A stretch of 32,000 nucleotides of DNA from Methanopyrus kandleri AV19 (GCF_000007185.1 NC_003551.1:1440001-1472000), one strand, 5' to 3'; shown: positions 7,994 to 18,331, counted from the stretch's first letter. Numbers and translations are program-made. Notes: generated by a model from the letters alone, not told the origin.

Positions 7994-8730
7994 TCGGCGC
8001 ACTTCTCGCGTCTCACAGCTACCCAACAGCCGTGACCTGGGATATTCTCGCAGAAATAGCCGAGATACTCCCATCTTCGATCACGATCTCATGTACGGAT
8101 CCAGACATTTGGGAATTCTGCATCGAGCTCAGGGATCACGTCGAATTCTTGGATGTGGAAGAGGTGGATTCACTCGATCCTACCACCGTCGTCGCACTCG
8201 CGGAGGAAGAGGCGCACATGGGTCCCAAGGTGCTGCGCACGCGGGTACGTGGGGTCGTGATAGTTACGGACGATCCCGAGCGGGCGGCGGAGGATTGGCG
8301 ACTCCCTGCCGTCAGTGCTCGCGAAATCTACGTCCCAGTGGTGCGCGTCGGAGGGAACGCGACCGTCCACGTTTACAGGCACGGGGAGGTATTATGGCGC
8401 CTCGGGCTTAGGGAGGGAAAGACCCTGCTACCACCTGATTACAAATCGCTCCGCGAACTACTCTGGAATGAGTTCCCCTACGTGAGGACCATAGGCTCGC
8501 TGGCCCAACGAACGAACTGGCACGAGGTCCTCGTCCGTCTGGCACTGATCGAGGAATGGATTAAAGGAAACAAATTAGTGTCCGAATTTTTAGATTGGAT
8601 TCCGAAGAGCACCAAGGTGATCCCCAGGAGTACGGATTCACCCACCGATAGCTCATCGGGAGAAAACCTACTCGAGGGCCGGCTGATACTTATTCCGGCG
8701 TTTTCCTCCACCTTAAGCGCCCTAGCGTGA
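7990..8730 (+). CDS. Hypothetical protein
   Basis: Protein-like composition begins at LIGALLASHSYPTAVTWDILAEIAEIL. TTG 7990 overlaps the upstream TGA (TTGA) and is preceded by GAGAGGAG. No motif recognised. The last approximately 170 nt are noticeably AT-richer. Confidence 0.55.
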   Translation: MIGALLASHSYPTAVTWDILAEIAEILPSSITISCTDPDIWEFCIELRDHVEFLDVEEVDSLDPTTVVALAEEEAHMGPKVLRTRVRGVVIVTDDPERAAEDWRLPAVSAREIYVPVVRVGGNATVHVYRHGEVLWRLGLREGKTLLPPDYKSLRELLWNEFPYVRTIGSLAQRTNWHEVLVRLALIEEWIKGNKLVSEFLDWIPKSTKVIPRSTDSPTDSSSGENLLEGRLILIPAFSSTLSALA

Positions 8731-8742
8731 GGGGGACCCTCG

Positions 8743-9780
8743 TTGTTCAAGTCCAGACGTCTTCCCTCGTTTCTGATAGAAGGCAAAGTGGACGAGGAAC
8801 TGGAAGATTTCACGGATGACTTCGGGCAACCTGATCTGGACGCGATCGTCCGGGCCTGCGTGGACAGACTCGACCCTCATCCGGACCTAGAGGAAAGGGT
8901 GTTGAAAACCGCCCGGAAGGCCTGCGAGCGGATCGGATTTCCGATGGGAGAGCACGCGGAGTTCGACCTGTACCCGTGGCTAGCCCCGCAGATATTCCAC
9001 GAGCGAGTGGTCCGAGACGTCTACTCGGGTGAGAGTCGGGAACCCGGCGAGGCGCGGGTGGCCTTCGTCTCGGTTCATCACGACAAACGTGGCGTCGCCG
9101 AGTACGTGTACCGGACCCTGGAACGTCTGGAACCAGAGGCTGTGTGTTTGGAAACCAGTCCGGCTGGACTGGAAACCGCGTTCCACTACACGCTCTCACC
9201 GCTCCCGCACGCCGGAATCGAGGTGATGGCACGGGTACCCACTAAGATGCTCATGGGACCGTTCCGGGACCTCTACGGGGCTTTAGTGTACTGTTTAAGG
9301 GAGGGTGTTCCCGCGATCCCCGTCGACGTGCCATCGTCCCTGAAGCTCAAGGAGTCGAGAAAGAATCCCGAGTGTCTCCGCGATCCTATCGTGTTCGAGT
9401 ACACCTCGGAAGTCGAACGCGTCTTGGGACCGACCGGCGAGTTGTTCTTCCGCGAGTACGAGGAAGTCGAGCCCGTGCTCAGGAGACTCGGCGGGGAAAT
9501 CCGCACCAACGTCTCCCTCGTGGCCTCGGAAACCTTCGTCCGCTTCCACCTGGAGTTCCGGGAGAGGTACATGCTCAGCCGCATCGCCGACGTAACCGAA
9601 GATTTCGATCGTGTCGCGGTGGTAGTAGGGGCCGTACACACCTCGGCGATGGAGAGGGCTTGGCGCGAGGGCGAATTCCGATACCTGGAACCCTCACCTG
9701 AGGACTTCAAGGGTGTGGAGTGGGAGCTCTCACCCAGGTACAAGCGTCACAAGCTCGTGGTCGGGGGCAGGCGAAGGTGA
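8743..9780 (+). CDS. TraB/PrgY/GumN-family-like protein with a degenerate signature motif
   Basis: TTG start 6 nt after GAGGGGGA. ARVAFVSVHHDKRGVAEYVYRTLERLEPEAVCLETSP aligns by eye to the TraB N-terminal GTAHVS...PD.VaVEL block. RVAVVVGAVHTSAMERAW aligns to the C-terminal vGagH block. The N-terminal approximately 100 aa are unassigned. Confidence 0.55.
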   Translation: MFKSRRLPSFLIEGKVDEELEDFTDDFGQPDLDAIVRACVDRLDPHPDLEERVLKTARKACERIGFPMGEHAEFDLYPWLAPQIFHERVVRDVYSGESREPGEARVAFVSVHHDKRGVAEYVYRTLERLEPEAVCLETSPAGLETAFHYTLSPLPHAGIEVMARVPTKMLMGPFRDLYGALVYCLREGVPAIPVDVPSSLKLKESRKNPECLRDPIVFEYTSEVERVLGPTGELFFREYEEVEPVLRRLGGEIRTNVSLVASETFVRFHLEFRERYMLSRIADVTEDFDRVAVVVGAVHTSAMERAWREGEFRYLEPSPEDFKGVEWELSPRYKRHKLVVGGRRR

Positions 9781-10604
9781 TCGGGGTCGTCGTCCTCGGA
9801 GCCACGGGTAGGATGGGTCGCCGGATATGCCGGATGGTGATAGAAGATGAAGAGCTCGAGCTGGTAGGAGCTATCGCCTCACCCACCTCCAAGCACCTAG
9901 GGAGGGACGTGGGGCTAGTCATAGGAGTGGGCGAGACGGGTGTAGAAATCGCCCCTCCGACCGCTTTACCTAACATCGCTAAGGACGCGGACGTCGCGAT
10001 CGATTTCACCGTCCGTGAGGCGACATTGGAGAACGCGCCCAAAGCCGCCCGTGCGGGATTGGATCTCGTAATCGGTACCACCGGGTTCAGCGATGAAGAC
10101 CTCAGGGTGCTCGAACACGAGATCGAGGAAGCTGGAGTTTCGGCCGTGATCTCCCCGAACATGTCCCTGGGAGTCAACTTGCTCTTCGAGCTTACGAGGC
10201 AGCTCGCTAGAGTGCTCGGAGACAACGGGTTCGATTTCGAGATCGTGGAGATCCATCATCGGCACAAGGTGGACGCACCGAGCGGGACGGCCCTCGAGTT
10301 GGCGGCCATCATAGAGGAGGAGCTGGGTAAGGGGGAGAAGGTGTTCGGTCGTGAGGGGAACGTGGGACCGCGTGACGATGACGAGATCGGTGTGTTGGCC
10401 GTTCGGGGAGGTGAGGTCGTAGGTGATCATACCGTCATGGCGTTAGGCGAGTACGAGAGGATCGAACTCACGCATAGGGCCCTCTCGCGTGACGCCTTCG
10501 CCAAGGGAGCCTTGGTGGCCGCAAAGTTCGTCGTAGAGGCACCTCCGGGGATCTACTCAATGAGGGACGTGCTGTTCGGCGGGAAGCGGGGGGAAGGATT
10601 ATAA
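9777..10604 (+). CDS. dapB: 4-hydroxy-tetrahydrodipicolinate reductase
   Basis: GTG 9777 overlaps the upstream TGA (GTGA). N-terminus is MIGVVVLGATGRMGRR. Also DVAIDFT, VIGTTGF, and EIVEIHHRHKVDAPSGTAL (the DapB signature E-x-H-H-x-x-K-x-D-x-P-SGTA). Confidence 0.92.
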   Translation: MIGVVVLGATGRMGRRICRMVIEDEELELVGAIASPTSKHLGRDVGLVIGVGETGVEIAPPTALPNIAKDADVAIDFTVREATLENAPKAARAGLDLVIGTTGFSDEDLRVLEHEIEEAGVSAVISPNMSLGVNLLFELTRQLARVLGDNGFDFEIVEIHHRHKVDAPSGTALELAAIIEEELGKGEKVFGREGNVGPRDDDEIGVLAVRGGEVVGDHTVMALGEYERIELTHRALSRDAFAKGALVAAKFVVEAPPGIYSMRDVLFGGKRGEGL

Positions 10605-10638
10605 ATCCGGAACTCCGGCTCCGGCGGGGGGTGAAGGT

Positions 10639-11508
10639 ATGAGGCGCGTGCTGGTGGTCCTCTCCATCGCCCTGATGGCTCTGGCGGCCCCAGGACTGGC
10701 GGAAGACAAGGCGGTCACAGCGACGACCGAGCAGCAGTCACAGCAGGCGCAAACCGCGGAGCAGCAGACCGAGCAGCAAGCTACCGCGCCGGCACCCAAG
10801 ACGGTGACGTTGAAGCTGACGCCGAGCCTTCAGGCGGACTTCACCGTGGACCTGAAGAACGGAGAAGCGGTCCTGACCCTGACCGGAGGCTACTCGCTGG
10901 TCACCGAGGGCCAGGACCTGCTGTCCGACGTCCTGACGGCGGCCCTAGCGGGTGCTATTAACACCATCGTGGCGCCGATCGACGGTAAGGAGCTGCTCCC
11001 CGGCGTGAAGCTGGAGGCCGGAGTGGAGGCTCCGACCGTGACCGCAGGACTAGGAGAGGACTGTGGTGTCACACTGACAGCGACGGTCCTCAAGGTCGAG
11101 GTACCCAAGCTGGAGGACCTCGAGCATGAGTGGAGCGAAACCGTGACCGAGGACCCGCTGAAATCCGGTATCAGCGTGGCCCTACGGCTGCTGCACACGG
11201 CCGAGGAACCGTTCATCAAGGCCACGCTAGATCTGCTGACCGGAGCACTGAAAGTCGTCGTGCACCTGTTCGAGCTCGAGGTCGGCAGCCCGTCAGAGGA
11301 CTACGAGGGACCGTACCTGGAGCTCACACCAGTGAACGTGTCGGAGAAGCTGAACGACAACGCGACCGTAACCGCCTACCTGGGAGCGAGCCTGTCAGCG
11401 TCGACTCTGAAACTGTCGCCGACGATCACCTACGAGACGACCACACCACTGAAGCTGCCGGTGACACTGCCGGAGATCACGCTATACACCTTCCAGCTGC
11501 CGGCTTAA
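10639..11508 (+). CDS. Secreted protein of unknown function with a Gln-rich linker
   Basis: ATG after GGGGGGTGA. Signal-peptide-like MRRVLVVLSIALMALAAPGLAED is followed by the low-complexity TEQQSQQAQTAEQQTEQQATAPAP, then a T/L/V-rich beta-like body. No family recognised. Confidence 0.75.
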   Translation: MRRVLVVLSIALMALAAPGLAEDKAVTATTEQQSQQAQTAEQQTEQQATAPAPKTVTLKLTPSLQADFTVDLKNGEAVLTLTGGYSLVTEGQDLLSDVLTAALAGAINTIVAPIDGKELLPGVKLEAGVEAPTVTAGLGEDCGVTLTATVLKVEVPKLEDLEHEWSETVTEDPLKSGISVALRLLHTAEEPFIKATLDLLTGALKVVVHLFELEVGSPSEDYEGPYLELTPVNVSEKLNDNATVTAYLGASLSASTLKLSPTITYETTTPLKLPVTLPEITLYTFQLPA

Positions 11509-11535
11509 AGTAAGTGATCCGACACCTTAACCGGC

Positions 11536-11549
11536 TTTTATTTTATTAT
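11536..11549 (+). terminator. Oligo-T tract, candidate archaeal intrinsic terminator after the secreted-protein gene
   Basis: TTTTATTTTATTAT lies 28 nt after the TAA at 11506-11508. It is the most T-rich string in an otherwise GC-rich region. Confidence 0.3.
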
Positions 11550-11644
11550 GTCGATAGTTCGTCTCTACTCCTTCCCTTTCCCCCGACAAATCCACACCAC
11601 TAACGGAGTGGAAGGCCCACTTTTTGGGAAATCGTCCACCCGTC

Positions 11645-12086
11645 GTGAAGGTTTTGGGAGGGATGGTCCTCCTCGTGCTAGTTACATTATGTGGTGGCAA
11701 CACCAGTAATGGCGGAGACACAGCAGCCGGGTTAGCAGACCCAACAGCAAGAACAGACGGAGCAAAAGGCGGGCAGAAGCCAAGATTCATGGAGGTCTCC
11801 ATAGGGCTACTCAAGCGGTGACGGAACCGCTCGCGAGGCTCACGGCCGAATAAACGGGATGCTGAACGTCGCCGTCGACTTCACCACCGAGCTAACGAGC
11901 GAGACGGTGAAGGAGGGTTCAACATCACACCGGCGGACTCGGCAACCTAGGCCTGTGTTTCAACGTCAGCGCGTCCGGCGGCCTGCAAGTGTCGCTGACC
12001 GGCACGTACACGCTACCGTTGCCGGAGAAGATCACCGTACCGAAGGTCGGCCTACAAGAGATCGAGTTACCCCTGATGAGGACGTG
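11645..12086 (+). pseudogene. Decayed, shortened paralog of the upstream secreted protein
   Basis: Frame 2 from GTG 11645 gives MKVLGGMVLLVLVTLCGG (signal/lipobox-like). Frame 0 gives AETQQPG-[TAG 11733]-QTQQQEQTEQKA...-[TAG 11802]-...GMLNVAVDFTTELTSETVKEG (compare LQADFTVDLKNGEAV upstream). Frame 1 gives CFNVSASGGLQVSLTGTYTLPLPEKITVPKVGLQEIELPL (compare LSASTLKLSPTITYETTTPLKLPVTLPEITLYTFQLPA). No single frame is open. Confidence 0.5.
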
Positions 12087-14831
12087 TTACGTGGAGAGGC
12101 CCCGGATCTCCACGACCACGCCCGGTCTGATCTCCACTGCCTTCCCCTCTCCTCCCTTAACCCGCAGCTCCCACTCCACGTCGACGCACTCCTCGTCCAG
12201 CACGACTTTTTCCCCGTCGATCTCTAGCTTCGCCTTCCCGTCTTCCTTGATCGCTGACGCGACCTCGTCCGGGTTGTTCTCCACGTACTCGATGATGTCC
12301 CGAGTGAGTTCCCTATACTTCGGGCCGATGACATCCATCCGGGGTTCGACTTTCACCGGGACTCTCTCCAATTTCGGCTCGCCGACTTCTACCTCGACTT
12401 CCTTCGCCCTGGTGGCGCTCTTGAGATCCGGGATCGCTTTCTCGAGGCTCTCGGCCAGCTCTTCGTCCTGAACGTGTACCGTCAGACCCTCGAACTCCGC
12501 GCCCATCCTCAATCCGGCGTCCGTCTTCGCCTTCCTCACCTCGGTCACGATCTCGCGGAGGATCTCACCGACTTCCTCGACCCCCTCGTCGATCCACTTC
12601 TCGCTCGCCTCCGGCCACGCCTGGTCGTGCACGCTTTCGTCGAACAGTCGGTAGTAGAGCTCTTCCGTCACGAACGGCATGAACGGAGCCAGCAACCTCA
12701 GGAGGCCGTCCAACACGTGGCGTAGTACCGCTCTGGCGGCTTCCCGTGAACCCTCACCGAGCTCCTCGGGCCGGTACAGCCTCAGCTTCGCCATCTCCAG
12801 GTAGTCGTCGGCCAGCTCCTCCCACGCGAACTCCTCGATGGCCTTGATCGCGTCGTTGAACCGATACCCCGACTCCAGGTGTTCCGTCACCTCATCGACG
12901 AGTCGGTGGAACTTGGAGAGTATCCACCTGTCGGCAGGCGTCAGGTCTCCTTCGACTTCTTCCACCGACGGTGCGTCGTCGATGTGGTCTTTGGCCAGTC
13001 GACACACGTTCCAGATCTTCTTCGCGAACCTGTAACCGCGCTTGATGGTCTTCGTCATGTACTGCACGTCTGATCCGGGCGCTCCGGACGATACGGCCCA
13101 GTACCTGAGCGCGTCCGCACCGTACTCCTCTATCACTTCGGTAGGCTCGACTACGTTGCCCCGAGACTTACTCATCTTGTATCCGTCCTCACCGAACACC
13201 ATACCGTTGATTAGGATCTCCTTGAACGGTTCGGTGTCGGCGTGAACTAACGCTCGTACGGTCGTGTAGTACAACCACGTACGGATTATGTCGTGACCCT
13301 GCGGGCGGAGATCCACCGGTAGGTCCGGCTCCTCGTCCGGCCAACCGGTGATCACCAAGGGCGTAATCGAGCTGTCCATCCAGGTGTCCATCACGTCCGT
13401 CTCCGGTTCGAACTCCGAGCACCCGCACTTCGGACACTCGTCCACGGGCGGGTCGTCCCGGGTGGGATCCACCGGGAGCTGGTCCTTCTCCGCCGGGATC
13501 ACCTCACCGCACTCCTTGCAGTACCAGACCGGGATCGGCGTCGCGAATATCCGCTGCCGCGAGATGCACCAGTCCCAGTCCATCGACTCCGTCCAGTCCT
13601 CGAGGCGCTTGCGCATGTGCTCCGGGATCCAGACCATCTTCCGGGCAGCTTCCTTGACGTCCTCGGCCAGCTCCCTAACCTTCACGAACCACTGCTCCTT
13701 GACGAGGATCTCGATCGGGGTCTTACAGCGCCAGCAGACGCCGACGTTCTGCGTGATCTTCTCACGCTTGACCAGGTATCCCTCCTCCTTCAGTGCCTCG
13801 ACGATGGCGGCACGCGCCTCCTCCACCTCCATCCCGGCGAACTCGCCCGCCACCTCCGTCATCTTACCCTGCTCGTCGATCGCCCTCACGATCGGTAGGT
13901 CGTGCCGCTTGACCCAGGCCACGTCCTGCTTGTCACCGAAGGTACAGATCATCACGATACCCGTTCCGAACTCGGGGTCCACCTCCTCGTCCGCGATGAC
14001 CGGAACCTCCCAAGGAGTGTCCCGGTCCCCGAACCGCTCGTGGAGGGGCACTACGAGCTTCTTCCCTACGAGGTCACTGTATCGGTCGTCGTCCGGGTGA
14101 ACGGCGACCGCCACGCACGCCGGGAGCAGCTCGGGTCTTGTGGTGGCGATCGTCACGGAGCCGTCGCCGTCGGCCACGGGGAACTCGATGTAGTTGAGGT
14201 ACGTCTCGCGGGTTACGTACTCCACTTCGGCGAAGGCGATCGCCGTCTCGCACCTCGGACACCAGTTGACGGGGTGCTCCTCACGGTACGCGTACCCCTT
14301 CTCGAGCAGCTCGAGGAACCCGTACTGACTGCGGCGGATGTAATCGGGGTCCATGGTCACGTAGGAGCCGAGCTCCTTCAGCTCCTCGTTCTCGTAGTCG
14401 ATGCAGTCGGTCCACCAGTCGATCGAGCATCCGAGCTGTATCAGCTGCTCCCGCATCTTCCGGATGTTCTCTAAGGTCAGCTCCTCGCAGAGCTTCCGGA
14501 ACTCCCGCCTGGGAGCGTCGCGCTTCGTGATCCCGTGGATCTCTTCTACCTTAACCTCGGTAGGCAGGCCGTGACAGTCCCAGCCCTGTGGGAAGAACAC
14601 GTCGTACCCGCACATACGTTTATACCGAGCCACCACGTCCATGTAGGTCCAGTTCAGCACGTGGCCCATGTGCAGCTCTCCGGTCGGGTACGGCGGTGGG
14701 GTATCGATCACGAACGCAGGTCGGTCCTCGCCGCCCTCAAACCTGTACTTCCGTTCCTCCAGCCACCGTTCCCTCCACTTCGGCTCGATCTCCTTCGGGT
14801 CGTAGTCCTCCACCGGCGCCTCCCCCGGCAC
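12087..14831 (-). CDS. valS: Valyl-tRNA synthetase
   Basis: 914-aa ORF with GTG start. Class I motifs [13 protein letters not shown] (HIGH) and KMSKSRGN (KMSKS). [14 protein letters not shown] and the overall length fit archaeal ValS rather than IleS or LeuS. Confidence 0.92.
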   Translation of the reverse strand: MPGEAPVEDYDPKEIEPKWRERWLEERKYRFEGGEDRPAFVIDTPPPYPTGELHMGHVLNWTYMDVVARYKRMCGYDVFFPQGWDCHGLPTEVKVEEIHGITKRDAPRREFRKLCEELTLENIRKMREQLIQLGCSIDWWTDCIDYENEELKELGSYVTMDPDYIRRSQYGFLELLEKGYAYREEHPVNWCPRCETAIAFAEVEYVTRETYLNYIEFPVADGDGSVTIATTRPELLPACVAVAVHPDDDRYSDLVGKKLVVPLHERFGDRDTPWEVPVIADEEVDPEFGTGIVMICTFGDKQDVAWVKRHDLPIVRAIDEQGKMTEVAGEFAGMEVEEARAAIVEALKEEGYLVKREKITQNVGVCWRCKTPIEILVKEQWFVKVRELAEDVKEAARKMVWIPEHMRKRLEDWTESMDWDWCISRQRIFATPIPVWYCKECGEVIPAEKDQLPVDPTRDDPPVDECPKCGCSEFEPETDVMDTWMDSSITPLVITGWPDEEPDLPVDLRPQGHDIIRTWLYYTTVRALVHADTEPFKEILINGMVFGEDGYKMSKSRGNVVEPTEVIEEYGADALRYWAVSSGAPGSDVQYMTKTIKRGYRFAKKIWNVCRLAKDHIDDAPSVEEVEGDLTPADRWILSKFHRLVDEVTEHLESGYRFNDAIKAIEEFAWEELADDYLEMAKLRLYRPEELGEGSREAARAVLRHVLDGLLRLLAPFMPFVTEELYYRLFDESVHDQAWPEASEKWIDEGVEEVGEILREIVTEVRKAKTDAGLRMGAEFEGLTVHVQDEELAESLEKAIPDLKSATRAKEVEVEVGEPKLERVPVKVEPRMDVIGPKYRELTRDIIEYVENNPDEVASAIKEDGKAKLEIDGEKVVLDEECVDVEWELRVKGGEGKAVEIRPGVVVEIRGLST

Positions 14832-14879
14832 GATCCCGGGAGCCTAAATATCACGGTTCCGGCCGAGCCATCCGACGGG

Positions 14880-15605
14880 GTGACGGTGTTGAACAGTCAC
14901 GTGGTCCACTCGCCCACCTCCAGGACCTTCCTGCTCTTCCTGGCGGCCTGGCTGCTCCTGTCGTTTTTGATGATGTTTCTGTACTTCGTGAGTATCCCCG
15001 GGTTCTTCCACGCCCTCGGACTGGAACCCAGGACAGCGCTGCTACTGTCACTCCTGTCCATTGTGGGGAGCGCAGTCAACGTTCCGATCAAGCGTATACG
15101 TAAGCTGGTCACGGTGCAGCACGAGACCTACGGGTTCTGGGGCATCTCTTACCAGGTACCGGTCCGGCGCTCCGAGGAGATCGTGATCGCCGTGAACGTC
15201 GGGGGCTGTCTGATACCGGTCGCCGTCTCGGTGTACCTCATCGCCACCAACCTAGATCTGTGGCTCCAGTACCTGCTGGCCACCGCCGTCACCACCATAG
15301 TGTCCTACGCCACCGCGCGGGTCATACCGGGGGTCGGTATCGCGGTACCGTTCTTCCTCCCCGCGGCCGTGGCCGGTACGGTGGCCCTGTTGACCACCAA
15401 GGGCGGCGCCGCCAGCGTCGCATACGTGGCCGGTACGCTCGGGACGCTCATCGGGGCCGACCTACTCAACCTGAGGAAGGCCGTGAATTGGGGCAGTGCG
15501 CCGGTCCTCAGTATCGGGGGTGCCGGCACGTTCGACGCTGTGTTCGTGACGGGTCTCACCGCCGTGTGGATCGCGTACGTCCTCTCGCCGGGGGCCGGAA
15601 CGTGA
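14880..15605 (+). CDS. Polytopic membrane protein (possibly DUF1614/COG4089-like)
   Basis: Hydrophobic helices run from FLLFLAAWLLLSFLMMFLYFV onward, and there is a glycine-rich SIGGAGTFDAVFVTG. The start is uncertain (GTG 14880, 14886 or 14901); the listed ORF start 14535 lies antisense inside valS. A TAAATAT element sits about 32 nt upstream of 14880. Confidence 0.7.
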   Translation: MTVLNSHVVHSPTSRTFLLFLAAWLLLSFLMMFLYFVSIPGFFHALGLEPRTALLLSLLSIVGSAVNVPIKRIRKLVTVQHETYGFWGISYQVPVRRSEEIVIAVNVGGCLIPVAVSVYLIATNLDLWLQYLLATAVTTIVSYATARVIPGVGIAVPFFLPAAVAGTVALLTTKGGAASVAYVAGTLGTLIGADLLNLRKAVNWGSAPVLSIGGAGTFDAVFVTGLTAVWIAYVLSPGAGT

Positions 15606-16741
15606 GGATCCGGGAAGCCGTGCTGAACATCGACCCGTACGTTCCCGGCAAGTCGAAGGAAGAGATCGCTCGGGAATACGGTATCGAACCGGACGAGATA
15701 GTGAAGCTGGGATCAAACGAGAACCCGCTGGGCCCTTCACCCAAGGCCGTGAAGGCCGCGAAGCGTGAGCTGGAACGCCTTCACGAGTACCCGGAACCCC
15801 TGGCACCTCCGTCCCTGTACGAGGCCATTATCGATTACCTGGCGGATCCTCCTTATCCCGCCGGAGAACCCGTGGAGATCACACGGGAGCACCTAGTCGT
15901 CGGTGGGGACGGCGCCGACGAGATCATCGACGTGCTGACGCGCGTGCTCGTCGACCCGGGCGACCCCGTGGTAATCCCCGTGCCCACCTTCTCGCAGTAC
16001 GGCATCTCCGCACGGGCGTGCGGTGCCGAGGTCAGGAAGCCTCGCTTCGACCCGGAGCGCGGGTTCGAGCTGGACGAGGACTCACTGTTCGAGGCCCTCG
16101 ACCGGGAAGTGCGTCTAGTGTACCTCTGTACCCCGAACAACCCTACGGGTAACCGGATCCGGGAGCGGGTCGTGAGGGACGTCGTGGAGGAGTGCCGCGG
16201 GGTCGTCCTGATCGACCACGCCTACGTCGAGTTCGCCGACCACGACTACACACCGCTGGCGCTCGAGTACGACAACGTCCTCGTACTGCGCACGTGCTCC
16301 AAGGCGCTGGGTCTGGCCGGGGCCCGGGTCGGTTACGGGATAGCGAACCCCGAGCTGATCGAGCACCTACACCGGATCAAACCCGTGTTCAGCCTGACGA
16401 GACCCAGCGCGGCCGCCGCCGAGGCCACGTTCCGCGATCGGGACTACATCGAGAAGTCCGTACGGTTGATGATCGAGAGCCGAAAGTACCTGTACCGAGA
16501 GCTCCGGAAGTTGGATCGGTTAACACCGTTCCCCTCGGAGGCCAACTACCTCTTGGTGGATGTCTCCAACACTGGAATGAACGCGTCGGAGTTCACGGAG
16601 GAGCTCCTGAAGCGCGGCGTCATAGTACGCGACTGCTCCAGCTTCGAGGGTATAGAGCCATTTTACGTCCGGGTATCTACCGGCACGCTCGAGGAGGATC
16701 GCAAGTTCATAGAGGTCGTGAAAGATGTGCTCGAGGTGTGA
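15602..16741 (+). CDS. hisC: Histidinol-phosphate aminotransferase
   Basis: GTG 15602 overlaps the upstream TGA (GTGA). KLGSNENPLGPSP, LCTPNNPTG, and the PLP-lysine context RTCSKALGLAGARVGY. About 379 aa. Confidence 0.9.
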   Translation: MRIREAVLNIDPYVPGKSKEEIAREYGIEPDEIVKLGSNENPLGPSPKAVKAAKRELERLHEYPEPLAPPSLYEAIIDYLADPPYPAGEPVEITREHLVVGGDGADEIIDVLTRVLVDPGDPVVIPVPTFSQYGISARACGAEVRKPRFDPERGFELDEDSLFEALDREVRLVYLCTPNNPTGNRIRERVVRDVVEECRGVVLIDHAYVEFADHDYTPLALEYDNVLVLRTCSKALGLAGARVGYGIANPELIEHLHRIKPVFSLTRPSAAAAEATFRDRDYIEKSVRLMIESRKYLYRELRKLDRLTPFPSEANYLLVDVSNTGMNASEFTEELLKRGVIVRDCSSFEGIEPFYVRVSTGTLEEDRKFIEVVKDVLEV

Positions 16742-16816
16742 ACGCAACACGCCGTAGTAAGCGACGCCACGGTTCGTGCACGCCGCCGTTACAGCGCTAC
16801 AGCGCTCCGAGTGAAC

Positions 16817-17656
16817 TTAGCGCACTAGTTCGTCGAGCAGCTCGCGTAGAGGCGTGAAACGTCGTTCAGGGGCTGGAGTGCCGGGATCCGGGGAATACCG
16901 GACGTTCCGGAGGTCGACGAACCCCAGCTCCTCTTCCATCCTCTCCTTCAGCCTTTCGAGACTATCGACCCAGCACGCCGGGAACCTGACGTCGAACCCG
17001 AACTCTTCGAACTTCTCGGCCCAATTCAGCAGGGATCCGACCACGTTGTAATGATCCCGTAAGCCGATCCGTTTGAGGTTCTCCACGGCTTTCCCGAAGG
17101 GGATCAGGGGCTGTACGAATACCTCGGCGGGCTCTATCTCGGTGTCGGCGAGCCCCTGAGGCAAGTCATCGTTGATGCCGGGAAGGTACAGCGAACGGAT
17201 CACGGGGCGGTCCGTGTTCACGGCGAACCGCAGCGTCCTCTCGGGCCCTACGCCGTGGAGGCGCCGATGGACGTCGGGATCCGTGACGTCGATACTCACC
17301 ATTACCAGGTCACAGATCTCCGACAGCTTCGGGGCCAGATCGGGCCTGTATCCCCGAGTTTGGAGATCTATCCTGTCGAAAAGTCCGGTCTCTCGGACCA
17401 TTTCCAGGACATCGATCAGCTCCCTCCCGAGGACCGTAGGTTCCCCGTACTGGGAGACCGTGAGACACCCCTGGGGTTCCCCGTACAGTCCCGGTTTCAC
17501 GACCACGCCTACATTCTCCGCGTAGCGTGCGTAGCAGTGAGGGCACTTGTACGGACAGGATGTGGTCAGCTCGAGCGTCGGATGGTGGGGACCTTCCCCT
17601 TCGGCTCCGGGACACCCCTCGCAGTGACGTGACGTCGGCAGGCTTAAGCGCGTCAC
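16817..17656 (-). CDS. Radical SAM domain protein, unknown substrate
   Basis: 279-aa ORF with GTG start. CxxxCxxC motif in TTSCPYKCPHCYA, preceded by an extra Cys pair HCEGCPG. GEPTV (GGE-like) follows. Confidence 0.8.
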   Translation of the reverse strand: MTRLSLPTSRHCEGCPGAEGEGPHHPTLELTTSCPYKCPHCYARYAENVGVVVKPGLYGEPQGCLTVSQYGEPTVLGRELIDVLEMVRETGLFDRIDLQTRGYRPDLAPKLSEICDLVMVSIDVTDPDVHRRLHGVGPERTLRFAVNTDRPVIRSLYLPGINDDLPQGLADTEIEPAEVFVQPLIPFGKAVENLKRIGLRDHYNVVGSLLNWAEKFEEFGFDVRFPACWVDSLERLKERMEEELGFVDLRNVRYSPDPGTPAPERRFTPLRELLDELVR

Positions 17657-17682
17657 GGTCGAGGTCCCCCAAGGGGCTTCCG

Positions 17683-18321
17683 GTGCAGGTAGTCGGAGTC
17701 GGCCCGAATCCGACGAGGTTTCTGACGATCGAGGCGATCGAACGGATCGCGCGGGCGGATCTACTGATCAGTAGTGAGTCGATACTCCGAGAGATCGACG
17801 GACTCAGGGTTGAGGCGGAGATAGACCTCTCCGACAAGGAGGTAGTCACCTGGAACGGTTCCGTTCGGGAGACGCTGACGGAGTACGCGGACAGCGACCC
17901 GGTGGTGGTCGCCCGAGGTGATCCGACCTACATGGGTGTCGGGAGGCTGGCGTCGTTACTTTTCGACGACGTCGAAATCGTGCCGGGCGTGTCCTCACTG
18001 CAGGCGTTGACGGCCCGGTTCGGTCGGGGCTTTCACGAGGTCGAAGCACACGTCAACCTCCACAGCGAGGAGGACGTTGAAAAGGTCGTGGAGAGCCTAG
18101 GAGCTGGCCGTACCACCGCGGTACTGTTCGGCAAGGTTCGACCGGCGAAAGTCGTCGAGACCATCGAGTCGGTGGGCCTAAACGTAAAAGTGATCGCCGG
18201 GGAGCGGTTGTGGTACCCGGACGAGCGTCTCGCTACCGAACTGCACTCGTTACGGAACTTTTCTGAGTTCACGGTGGCGATCTTCGAGCCGGATCACGTG
18301 ATCGAAACCTCGTTAAGGTAA
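17683..18321 (+). CDS. cbiE: Tetrapyrrole (corrin/porphyrin) methylase family protein, CbiE-like
   Basis: From GTG 17683 it reads MQVVGVGPNPTRFLTIEAIERIARADLLISSE; ARGDPTYMGVG follows. Its approximately 212-aa length fits CbiE. The first glycine-rich loop is GVGPNP rather than the usual GxGPG. No cbiT partner is adjacent. Confidence 0.7.
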   Translation: MQVVGVGPNPTRFLTIEAIERIARADLLISSESILREIDGLRVEAEIDLSDKEVVTWNGSVRETLTEYADSDPVVVARGDPTYMGVGRLASLLFDDVEIVPGVSSLQALTARFGRGFHEVEAHVNLHSEEDVEKVVESLGAGRTTAVLFGKVRPAKVVETIESVGLNVKVIAGERLWYPDERLATELHSLRNFSEFTVAIFEPDHVIETSLR

Positions 18322-18331
18322 CGATCACGGT

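Noticed and set aside
16791-16806. Tandem octamer ACAGCGCT ACAGCGCT in the hisC / radical SAM convergent spacer
   Set aside because: There are only two copies and no extended repeat or stable hairpin with a loop. It is too small to call a repeat element or terminator.
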